A stretch of 30,345 bases of DNA from Myxococcales bacterium. GTDB taxonomy: Bacteria; Myxococcota_A; UBA9042. Within the stretch, counting starts at the first letter, position 1. Each line of letters starts with the position of its first letter. The translations under genes were made by a program, and so were the position numbers. The notes under the pieces are model-generated. The model saw nothing but the letters and a program-made list of their open reading frames with translations, made no database searches and had not been told where the DNA came from. The stretch spans positions 1-30,345 of the forward strand of contig JBBISH010000083.1 in assembly GCA_037441385.1 (NCBI GenBank), in the 5' to 3' direction. Positions 9,344 to 17,854 of this stretch are shown in pieces.

Positions 9344-10302
9344 CGCCGTTCGCCAAGTGCCCGCAGCCACTCGCGAACCAGCCGACAAGCTTCCTCCAGC
9401 GCGATTCGATGTCCCCAGAACATCGGCGCAATGGCCACATGGGCCGCCATGAGTTGCGCGCGCGACGATCCATCCGTCAGAACGAAGGCTTCATCTTCCG
9501 GCGACAGCGGCCCAGCGATCTGCCGCTGCTCAACCATGTCCACCAACGTAGCCAATAGGTCGATGCCGCCGGCGCCTTGCTCCTGTAGGTACAAGACAAT
9601 TCGCGCGGCATCCTCGTAGTGCCGGACGAACTCGTGGGGTCGCATCGGCGAGCGGTGGAAGCGTCGGCGGATCGCGTCGAGCTTCTCGATGAGCACCACG
9701 GCCGGGTGCAGGCACCGCACGGCGACTGGGCGATTGTCCACGAATTCGAGGAGTTGATTGCGATCGGCGAGCCAGTCATGCACGAAAGACGAGATGTTTC
9801 GCGCCTCGCACGGCGTGACCCGCGCATCGCCGACCTCGACCAGCACGTGCGGCCGCATCGTCGTCGGCAATTGGCCCATGAACTTGCCGGGATACTCGAC
9901 ATGGTACGACGCAGACCTGCCACGCGTATCGATTCCGCCCGGCGCCACCGCGACGTGTGCGCCTGGAATGCAAAGCGCGTCGGCCAGTTGCGTGCAAAAG
10001 GCGACGCGGCTGGCAACCGGACCCTTGTTCAAGCTCGTCCACGACGCGACGTCGGGCAGGCCGGCCACGCGGCCTGGCTTGATGCACAAGTCGATGTCTT
10101 CGGAGAATCGCTCGATGATGCCGTAGCCTTTCGACAATGCGGTGCCGCCTTTGAACCAGATATCGAGGCCGGTCTCGTGCAGCGCCCAGAGCGTGTGCGT
10201 GACCCAGTAGTCCTTCTCGACCAAGGCCGGCAAGATGCGCCGATGCGTCGCGACGGCTAGAATGAGCGCGGTGAAGTCTTCGTCTTCGTGGATGAATCTC
10301 AC
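9340..10302 (-). CDS. AbiEii/AbiGii-family nucleotidyltransferase toxin (320 aa)
   Basis: VEKDYWVT, FKGGTALSKGYGIIERFSEDIDL, EKL, RHYED. GTG start 10302 with GGAGG; GTGA/ATGA overlaps with both neighbours. Confidence 0.92.
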   Translation of the reverse strand: MRFIHEDEDFTALILAVATHRRILPALVEKDYWVTHTLWALHETGLDIWFKGGTALSKGYGIIERFSEDIDLCIKPGRVAGLPDVASWTSLNKGPVASRVAFCTQLADALCIPGAHVAVAPGGIDTRGRSASYHVEYPGKFMGQLPTTMRPHVLVEVGDARVTPCEARNISSFVHDWLADRNQLLEFVDNRPVAVRCLHPAVVLIEKLDAIRRRFHRSPMRPHEFVRHYEDAARIVLYLQEQGAGGIDLLATLVDMVEQRQIAGPLSPEDEAFVLTDGSSRAQLMAAHVAIAPMFWGHRIALEEACRLVREWLRALGERR

Positions 10303-10886
10303 GCAGCATCCTCCACCGCGCCGATGCACTGTCGCACAAGCGCCCGCGTCGCCTTGGTGCCGTAGCTCGCAGCCATCTCAAGCAGGATCGTGGCATTGAG
10401 CCGGCCGGCGCTCACCTCACGTCGCAAGCCGGCAGTCAGCACATCCCCGTCGACGCCCGCCATCGCCTGGTGTTCGATGAGGTCAATCGCGAACCACTCG
10501 CGCGGTGGCCTCTCGGGAAAAGCCACACGGCGCAAGAGGAACTTGCGGCCTGCCAAAATGAACTCACCGCTGCGCTTCTGGTTGTAGACGAGCGTCGCCG
10601 CGAACATTGCCGTGGCGCCGAGGCCCAAGGTGTTCCAGGCAGGCGGCCCGGTGACGACGAAGTGGTCCGTTTCGAGGAAGGCGCTCAGCAACTCTTCGTC
10701 TCGCGGCGGAATTTCCCCGAAGCGGCTCTGCGCCGGCGCAAGGTACAGGCCGCGCGCCAACTCACGCAGGCGGCCTTCGTCTACAAGGCGCTGCACGAGC
10801 CGCGCCGGGTTCCTGCCCCAGCGCGCGAACTGCTTCGTGCGGTAGACCCGGTTGGCTTCGAGTTCAGGGCGGGCGGCTGCGGGCAT
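10299..10886 (-). CDS. Putative AbiEi-like antitoxin / wHTH regulator (195 aa)
   Basis: ATG 10886 with GGAGG; LQRLVDEGRLRELARGLY-like wHTH motif (RLVQRLVDEGRLRELARGLY), AWNTLGL; directly upstream of and coupled to AbiEii. Confidence 0.78.
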   Translation of the reverse strand: MPAAARPELEANRVYRTKQFARWGRNPARLVQRLVDEGRLRELARGLYLAPAQSRFGEIPPRDEELLSAFLETDHFVVTGPPAWNTLGLGATAMFAATLVYNQKRSGEFILAGRKFLLRRVAFPERPPREWFAIDLIEHQAMAGVDGDVLTAGLRREVSAGRLNATILLEMAASYGTKATRALVRQCIGAVEDAA

Positions 10887-11084
10887 GGGCGTCCTCCGTT
10901 GTCGCGAGTTTCCCGGAAGGAAGATACAACTCGCCGCGCGAAGGTCAAGTGCGGCCGATTCGCGGGGGCGTGCGGTGCGCGCCGGAGCGGTCCCCCGCTT
11001 AACGGCAGCAGCAGAGGCCGTCGGAGGCGCGGGCGACGCGCGATGCTGCGCAAGCTTCGGAATTGTATAGCGTTTAGGCCGCGA

Positions 11085-11128
11085 TTCGTAATCAGCAGGT
11101 CCCGGGTTCAAGTCCCGGTGTTGGCTCC
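11085..11128 (+). repeat. att site 2: second copy of the tRNA-Thr(CGT) 3' half
   Basis: 44/44 identity with 6772-6815. Confidence 0.92.
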
Positions 11129-11421
11129 GAACTCCCTGAAACTACGGCATCGCGTCGGCAGGTACTTACCATCAGCGCGTCCCCCAGTCGTCCCCTCGCC
11201 AACAGAAAGCGTAGCCAAGTTCACGCACAAGTCGACCATCGAGATCAGCAGGTCCCCGCCGCGGCCTGGCGACGCTGTGCACGCGAATCCAGCGGCCGCA
11301 AGCCCTGGCGCAGTTGCCCTCAACCCAGACTTGACCCAACGCCGGTCCGTCCCGATTATTGCCATTGCAGCTTCCGGAGGAGCTCCGGCCGAAGCGCGAA
11401 TCCGTCCAGCAAAGGCCCCCA

Positions 11422-12048
11422 ATGCCCAGCAAGTACATCGATCTCGAAAAGCTCCGAGCGTATCTGCGCCATTTTCCCGCTGTGGATTTCGTTGTGTTCG
11501 TCGACCGTGCGCTGGATGAACTGTCCGATGAAGGTCTGGCGCGGGTCCTGCACGACTATGTCGGACTCGAGGAGTTCCGCCAGTCCGCACCGACCGAGGT
11601 ACCGCTCTTGAGTGCAGTCGAGGCCTTTCACGCGGACGCGTTGCGGGGCACGTTCTATGAGGACTTCGACGTTAATTCCAGAAACTACCTCGAGATGTCG
11701 CGCGGGACTCAGTACTTCCATGCGACGTTTGGGCGCCTGTTGCGCAGGTGCTTGGAGGCCGAGCGGGTTGGTCAGGAACCCGAACTCGCGCGCGCATTCG
11801 GGTTGTTGTTCGACTTGATGAAGCGGATTGATGGCGACGATAGGATCGTCTTCTACGCCGACGAGAGCGGGTCTTGGCAGCTTTGCGTCGTCTGGCCGGA
11901 AGTTTTCCAGCGTTGGTGCCCGTGTGTGGCCGCGACCACCACTTCAGCCGAATACCTTGCCGCGATGCGCGACATCATCGAGCTTCTGCCAAGCCACAGG
12001 CAAGACGAACTCGCCAAGATTATTGATTACTGGCAGCCAAAGTCGTGA
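11422..12048 (+). CDS. Hypothetical protein (208 aa, acidic, helical)
   Basis: MPSKYIDLEK... ORF with protein-like composition, including FYEDFDVNSRNY and FYADESGSWQ; no function recognised. Confidence 0.7.
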   Translation: MPSKYIDLEKLRAYLRHFPAVDFVVFVDRALDELSDEGLARVLHDYVGLEEFRQSAPTEVPLLSAVEAFHADALRGTFYEDFDVNSRNYLEMSRGTQYFHATFGRLLRRCLEAERVGQEPELARAFGLLFDLMKRIDGDDRIVFYADESGSWQLCVVWPEVFQRWCPCVAATTTSAEYLAAMRDIIELLPSHRQDELAKIIDYWQPKS

Positions 12049-12415
12049 TCCCCTTCTGGGCACACGCGAAGTCTCGCCCGGTCAGGACTTCTGCGCCAAA
12101 TCCCAAACTTCGGTACCCGGCCTTGCGCCGCTCGAACATCCGCCGCAACACAGCCACCTCGGCGTCGAGGTAGTCGTACACCACGATGTCGCGCTTTCCC
12201 GGTGACTCCCGCGTCAGTCGGCCTACGTATTGCACCAGCGTGCCGCGCCACGACACCGGCGACGCCATGACCAGCGTGTCGAGGAGCGGGTCGTCGAAGC
12301 CCTCGCCGACGTAGCGACCGGTTGCCAACAGCACGCGGCCGACGATGGCTTCCGGGTCACGCCAAGCCGCAAGTGCCTCTTTCCGCTGCTTGACCTTGAG
12401 TTTGCCGTGTAGCGA
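12020..12415 (-). pseudogene. 3' fragment of a paralogous SF2 helicase (helicase C-terminal domain only)
   Basis: LHGKL...RVLLATGRYVGEGFDDPLLDTL...QYVGRLTR..PGKRDI.VYDYLD...RRMFERR.AGYR aligns with ~6980-7300. Similarity stops near 12415 and motifs I-III are absent. Confidence 0.85.
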
Positions 12416-12606
12416 CCGCCCAATCTTCGCCCCCATGCGTGGTCTGACACAGTAGTGACACTCGCCGGCTGCGACGGGCCGTCGACGTCGGCCAGGTGTG
12501 GCAGACTCGTCGCGCCAGCGATCAAACCAACCCCGCACGCCCGATTCGCACTGGAGTGACTGGGCCTGGGCGCCCGCCTCGCGCTGCCGCGACCCGGAGG
12601 GATCTG

Positions 12607-15600
12607 ATGTTGCGATGCCTAGTTGTCCGCGCAGGTCTGGTGCCTTTCTGCGTCAGGCAGGGTCTAGCGGCGCTCGTAGGCCTGGTGCTGATCGCCGGTG
12701 CGTTGGGGTGTAGCTCGGACGGTCCTCCCGCCGCCGTGAAACAGTGCACCAGCCCTGCGGACTGCAAGCCGCCGACCGATCTTTGCCACGTCGCGGTGTG
12801 TCAGGTCGGCATCTGCTCGCAGCAGATCCTCGACGCCGCCAAAGCCTGCGCCGACGACAATCCGTGCACCCAGGATGGCTGCGACCCCAAAATCGGCTGC
12901 AGTCATGTTGCCGCACCGGGGCCTTGCAGCGACAACAACCTCTGCACGCAGGGCGATGCCTGCCAAGCGGGCGTGTGTCTGCCAGGCGCGGCCTCGACCT
13001 GCGACGACGGCGACTGGTGCACCGCAGACAAGTGCGACCCGCTGAACGGCTGCATCCACGCCGCGGGTGCCCTCGTCTGCAGCGACGGCAACCCGTGCAC
13101 CACCGACGCATGCAACCCCGCAACCGGCTGCACGTTCTCGCCAAATGCCAGCGCCTGCAGCGACGACAACGCTTGCACCATTGGCGACGCGTGCTCGGGC
13201 GGACTGTGCCTGCCCGGCGCCCAGACGGTGTGTGACGATCAGAACCCTTGCACCACAGAAAGTTGCGACCCAAAGCTCGGCTGCACCGCCCAACCCAACT
13301 CGCTGCCGTGCGACGACGGCTCGCAGTGCACGACCGGCGAGGTCTGCGCGGCCGGCGAGTGCGCTGGCGGCAAAGACCTGGTGTGCAGCGACGGCAACCC
13401 GTGCACCACGGACGTGTGCAACCCCGCAACTGGCTGCACGTTCTCGCCAAACACCAGCGCCTGCAGCGACGACAATGCGTGCACGATGGGCGACGCATGC
13501 TCGGGCGGCCTGTGCCTGCCCGGCGCCCAGACGGTGTGCGACGATCAGAACCCTTGCACCACAGATAGTTGCGACCCAAAGCTCGGCTGCACCGCCCAAC
13601 CCAACTCGCTGCCGTGCGACGACGGCTCGCTCTGCTCCCTGGGCGACGTGTGCAATCAGGGCAGTTGCGTGCCCGGCCAGCCCGCGAGCTGCGACGACGG
13701 GAATCCCTGCACCAACGACAGTTGTGAGCCGTCGCTGGGTTGCGCGCACGCGGCGAACACGCTGCCGTGCTCGGACAACAATGCCTGCACCCTGGGCGAC
13801 ACCTGCGCAGGCGGCGCGTGCGTACCCCTCCAACCCAGTACGTGCGACGACCAGAACCCGTGCACCAGCGAAAGCTGTGACCCGGCCACCGGTTGCAGCC
13901 AGTCGCCCAACACGCTCCCGTGCGACGACGGCAATGTCTGCACCGCGGCGGACGTGTGCAGCAAGGGCGCATGCGTGGCGGGCCCCGCCTTGCCGTGCAA
14001 CGACGGCAACCCGTGCACGGACGACGGTTGCGACAAGGTCGCGGGCTGCACCTTCCTGGGCAACACCCTGCTGTGCACGGACCAAAATGCCTGCACCGCG
14101 GGCGACATCTGCAGTCAGGGCAAGTGCACGTCGGGCGCCTTGATCAACTGCGACGATGGCAATCCTTGCACGGCCGATAGTTGCGATGGCGGCGCCGGTT
14201 GCGTGCACAACCCAACGCCCGTGGCGTGCGACGACGGCTCGGCCTGCACAGTCGGCGATGCGTGCGCAAACGGCACGTGTCAGCCCGGCAAACCGCTGGC
14301 CTGCAACGATGGCAACCCGTGCACAGACGACGCTTGCGACAAGGTCGCGGGCTGCGTGCTGTTATTCAACGCGGCGCCGTGCACGGACCAAAATGTCTGC
14401 ACAGCCGGGGACCACTGCCAAGCCGGCGGCTGCGTGCCCGGCGACCAGATTTCGTGCGACGACCAAAACCCGTGCACCCACGACCTTTGCGACGCCAAGC
14501 AAGGCTGCAGCCACGCGCCCAACGGGTTGGCGTGCGACGACGGCTCGGCATGCAGCCAGGGCGACACGTGCCAGGGCGGCCTGTGCAAACCTGGCGCCGC
14601 GCTGGCCTGCGCCGACGGCAACCCCTGCACCGACGACAGCTGCGACAAGGCCACCGGCTGTGTCCACACCAACAACACCGTGCCGTGCAGTGACAACAAC
14701 AGCTGCACCCAGGGCGACACCTGCGCGGGCGGCGTGTGCCAACCCCAAAAGCCAAGCGACTGCGACGACAAGAATCCGTGCACCACCGAAACATGTGACC
14801 CAGGTGTCGGCTGCACCAGCAAGAACAACAATCTGCCCTGCGACGATGGCAGTGTTTGCAGCGCCGGCGACACCTGCGCCAGCGGCACCTGCCAGGCGGG
14901 GAGCACCGTGTCCTGCAACGACGGCAATCCGTGCACAGACGATTCCTGCGACAAGCAAGCGGGTTGCGTCGTCCTGCCCAACGCGTCCACGTGCTCCGAC
15001 TCCAACGCCTGCACCGCCGGCGATAGCTGCAAGGGCGGCGCCTGCGTGCCCGGTTCTGCGCTGAACTGCAGCGACGGCAACTCGTGCACCACGGACACCT
15101 GCTCGGCCGGCACGGGCTGCCTGTTCGCGAACAATCCGTTGCCGTGCAGCGACGGCTCGGTGTGCACGGTGGGCGACGTGTGCTTGGCGGGCGCGTGCAG
15201 CGCCGGCAGCGCGGTCGTCTGCAACGATGGGAATCCGTGCACAGACGATTCGTGCGATAAGTTGCTCGGTTGCGTGCAGGTTGCCAATTCCGCACCGTGC
15301 GACGACGGCGACGGCTGTACCGCCCAAGACGCGTGCGCGGGCGGCAAGTGCCAAGGCGGCAGCGGCTGCGACAGCCATGCGCTGTGCACCCCAGGTGCCA
15401 AGGCGACCACGTGCGTGTGCCAACCGGGCTACACGGGCAGCGGCTTTAGCTGTGCCGACGTGGACGAATGTGCTGCTGGGACTGCGAGTTGCGGCCCCAA
15501 CATGGTCTGCAAGAACGTCCCCGGCTCGTACCAGTGCGTTTGCGCAAAGGACTACGCCGACTGCGACGGCACCGCCAGCACCGGCTGCGAGGCGCACGTG

Positions 15601-17817
15601 ACCGACGACGCGAGCCAGTGCGGTGGGTGCGGCAAGGTCTGCTCGTCCGCCCACATCGCCACTCCCAGCTGCCAGGCCGGGGTTTGTGCGGGAACATGCA
15701 GCCCTGGGTTTGCTGACTGCGACAGCAACAAGTTGTCCAACGGTTGCGAGACCGCCGTGGCGGCGGCCGACTCCAAGAACTGCGGCGGCTGCGGCGTGGC
15801 GTGCAGCGGTGGCAGCTATTGCGCCGCAGGGCAGTGCAAGGCCTGTTTGGGTGGGTTCCAGGCCAAGCAAGACCTTGCGGTGACGGGCCATGCGTTTGGG
15901 GTGGCCGCGGCGGATTTGGACGGCGACGGGGACGTCGACCTGGCCGCCGTGACCGATACGGGCAATGTGCTCAGCTTGCGGTTCGCTTTGGGCGGCGGGG
16001 CCTTTGGCGACGAAGTCACCTTCCCTGCGCTCGCCGGCACGCGCTACCTGGCCGTGCGCGACATGAACGGCGACGGCAAGTTGGACATTTTGGCGTCGTC
16101 CAACGCGGTGAACCAGATCAGTCTCTTCAAGAACAATGGCCTGGGCGGCTTTGCCACGCGGACCGACTTTGCAGTTGGCAGCTTGCCTTATGAACTGCGG
16201 GCCGCCGACCTGGACGGCAACGGCACGCAAGACGTGGTGGTTGGTCTGGAGGGCCTGAGCTCGGTGCGGGTGCTGCCGGGGGATGGCAGCGGAAACCTTT
16301 TGGCGGGCAAGGACTTCAGCGTCGCGACCGCCGGCCAATGGGGCGCCGCGGCGCCCGACGCGCTGGCCCTGGCGGACGTCAACGGCGACGGCAAGCTCGA
16401 CATCGTCTGCAGCAACACCAATGGCAGCAACGTCAGCCTGCTCTTGAACCAGGGCGGCGGCAACTTTGCGCCCCACCAGGATATCGCCGTTGGCGGCCAA
16501 CCGATGGCCCTGGAATTGGCCGACCTGGACAAGGACGGCAAGGTCGACTTGGTAGTGGCCAATCGCTACGACAAGACCCTGAGCGTCCTCAAGGGCAATG
16601 GCACGGGCAGCTTTGCCCCGCCGGTTGCGTACGCGACTGGAAACACGCCGATGTGGCGGCTGCAGGTCGCGGATCTGGACGCCGACGGCGACCTGGACGT
16701 GGCCGTGCCCAACTACGGGAGCAACACCGTCAGTCTGTTTGCGAACCACGGCGACGGCACTTTTGCTAGCAAGGTCGACGTGGCCGTGGGAGTCAACCCG
16801 GCCGCCATTGCAGCCGCCGACTTGGATGGCAACGGCTCGCCGGATTTGGCGGTGGCCAACGTGGGCGGTGGCCTCAGCATTCTGCGCTCGTGCAGCAGTG
16901 GCGAGCCCTTTGGCGCCAGCTTTGGCCGGCCGTGCGCCAGCCACGCCAACTGTGGGGTGGGTATGGAGTGTGTGCGATCGGGCTGCAGCGGACCGGGCGC
17001 CTGCCAATTCAAGCTGACCAGCTGCCCGCCCATGTCGGGCCCGGCGGTGTGCGGATGCGACGGCGTGACCTATCCCAGCTCCTGCGACGCGCGCCTGGCT
17101 GGCCAGGCCCCCAAGGCCAAGTGGGCCTGCGAAAGTCCACCGACCTCCAACACCTGCAAAGTGGGCGTCGCTGGGCAGTGTCAGTTCTTCCAGATTTGCT
17201 CGGGGCCGTGCGGCGGCGACGGCCAGTGCATGAGCAGCTTCATGACGTGCATGGACGTGGCGACCCTGGGGTGCGGCTGCGACGGCAAGACCTACGGCAA
17301 CGACTGCCAGGCCGTGGCCGGGGGGACGACGATCCCTGGCGCCTGTTCGATGGGGTGCAGCAGCGACTCGCAGTACCAACTCTGCGGGGGCAAGGGCTGC
17401 CTGGGCGGCGCTGGCGGCTGCCGAGGCATGGCCAACTACAGCAGCTACTGCATGCCGCCCCCAACCGAGTGCCCCGCGTTGGACGCCCCAGTCTGCGGGT
17501 GCGACAGCAAGACGTACGGCAACGCGTGCCTGGCCCTGGCGGCGGGCACTTCGGTCTACAAGCAAGGGCCTTGCCCCTCTGGCCTTCAGTTCTGCACGGT
17601 CGACAGCTCCGTGCCCAAGCCGGTCACTTGCCCGGCCGGCAGCTACTGCATGTCGCTGTCCTGCAACCCACCGTGGGGCCTGGGCGTCTGCCAGCCGGAC
17701 CCGACCAACTGCACCACCGACACCACGCCGGTCTGCGTCTGCGGCAACACCCTCAAGAACGCGTGCGAGGCCAAGCTCTGGGCGCCGTTGCCCATGACCG
17801 CCGGGGCCTGCAAGTAG
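12607..17817 (+). CDS. Giant Cys-rich surface lipoprotein (1736 aa): CDDxNPCTxDxC repeats, EGF/Ca-EGF, CGGCG repeats, 7 FG-GAP/VCBS repeats, 4 Kazal-like domains
   Basis: GGAGG then ATG 12607; hydrophobic leader with ALGC lipobox; DVDEC..C.NVPGSYQC; seven D-x-D/N-x-D/N-G-x-x-D motifs; CGCDG.TY...C motifs. Confidence 0.9.
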   Translation: MLRCLVVRAGLVPFCVRQGLAALVGLVLIAGALGCSSDGPPAAVKQCTSPADCKPPTDLCHVAVCQVGICSQQILDAAKACADDNPCTQDGCDPKIGCSHVAAPGPCSDNNLCTQGDACQAGVCLPGAASTCDDGDWCTADKCDPLNGCIHAAGALVCSDGNPCTTDACNPATGCTFSPNASACSDDNACTIGDACSGGLCLPGAQTVCDDQNPCTTESCDPKLGCTAQPNSLPCDDGSQCTTGEVCAAGECAGGKDLVCSDGNPCTTDVCNPATGCTFSPNTSACSDDNACTMGDACSGGLCLPGAQTVCDDQNPCTTDSCDPKLGCTAQPNSLPCDDGSLCSLGDVCNQGSCVPGQPASCDDGNPCTNDSCEPSLGCAHAANTLPCSDNNACTLGDTCAGGACVPLQPSTCDDQNPCTSESCDPATGCSQSPNTLPCDDGNVCTAADVCSKGACVAGPALPCNDGNPCTDDGCDKVAGCTFLGNTLLCTDQNACTAGDICSQGKCTSGALINCDDGNPCTADSCDGGAGCVHNPTPVACDDGSACTVGDACANGTCQPGKPLACNDGNPCTDDACDKVAGCVLLFNAAPCTDQNVCTAGDHCQAGGCVPGDQISCDDQNPCTHDLCDAKQGCSHAPNGLACDDGSACSQGDTCQGGLCKPGAALACADGNPCTDDSCDKATGCVHTNNTVPCSDNNSCTQGDTCAGGVCQPQKPSDCDDKNPCTTETCDPGVGCTSKNNNLPCDDGSVCSAGDTCASGTCQAGSTVSCNDGNPCTDDSCDKQAGCVVLPNASTCSDSNACTAGDSCKGGACVPGSALNCSDGNSCTTDTCSAGTGCLFANNPLPCSDGSVCTVGDVCLAGACSAGSAVVCNDGNPCTDDSCDKLLGCVQVANSAPCDDGDGCTAQDACAGGKCQGGSGCDSHALCTPGAKATTCVCQPGYTGSGFSCADVDECAAGTASCGPNMVCKNVPGSYQCVCAKDYADCDGTASTGCEAHVTDDASQCGGCGKVCSSAHIATPSCQAGVCAGTCSPGFADCDSNKLSNGCETAVAAADSKNCGGCGVACSGGSYCAAGQCKACLGGFQAKQDLAVTGHAFGVAAADLDGDGDVDLAAVTDTGNVLSLRFALGGGAFGDEVTFPALAGTRYLAVRDMNGDGKLDILASSNAVNQISLFKNNGLGGFATRTDFAVGSLPYELRAADLDGNGTQDVVVGLEGLSSVRVLPGDGSGNLLAGKDFSVATAGQWGAAAPDALALADVNGDGKLDIVCSNTNGSNVSLLLNQGGGNFAPHQDIAVGGQPMALELADLDKDGKVDLVVANRYDKTLSVLKGNGTGSFAPPVAYATGNTPMWRLQVADLDADGDLDVAVPNYGSNTVSLFANHGDGTFASKVDVAVGVNPAAIAAADLDGNGSPDLAVANVGGGLSILRSCSSGEPFGASFGRPCASHANCGVGMECVRSGCSGPGACQFKLTSCPPMSGPAVCGCDGVTYPSSCDARLAGQAPKAKWACESPPTSNTCKVGVAGQCQFFQICSGPCGGDGQCMSSFMTCMDVATLGCGCDGKTYGNDCQAVAGGTTIPGACSMGCSSDSQYQLCGGKGCLGGAGGCRGMANYSSYCMPPPTECPALDAPVCGCDSKTYGNACLALAAGTSVYKQGPCPSGLQFCTVDSSVPKPVTCPAGSYCMSLSCNPPWGLGVCQPDPTNCTTDTTPVCVCGNTLKNACEAKLWAPLPMTAGACK
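13075..13630 (+). repeat. Intragenic near-identical duplication, 306-bp period
   Basis: 13075-13324 vs 13381-13630 share long identical tracts. Confidence 0.9.
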
Positions 17818-17854
17818 CCGCCCACACGGTGCCCCGCGGTGCCGCCGCACAGTG

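Larger units (their letters stand above)
6772..11128. mobile_element. Integrase-less cassette bounded by identical 44-bp direct repeats, carrying a 3-gene putative defence operon
   Basis: Direct repeats at 6772-6815 and 11085-11128; the interior is a single minus-strand operon. Confidence 0.75.

Noticed and set aside
10887..11111. N-terminal extension of the AbiEi-like ORF to 270 aa
   Set aside because: It runs through att2 and the probable promoter; ATG 10886 has a GGAGG RBS.
12100..12340. DGR template/variable repeat pair with the helicase 3' end
   Set aside because: No reverse transcriptase; mismatches are mostly third-position and not adenine-specific.
12800..15350. CRISPR array or non-coding repeat array
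   Set aside because: The repeats are in-frame Cys-rich protein repeats without constant repeat/unique spacer structure; no cas genes.
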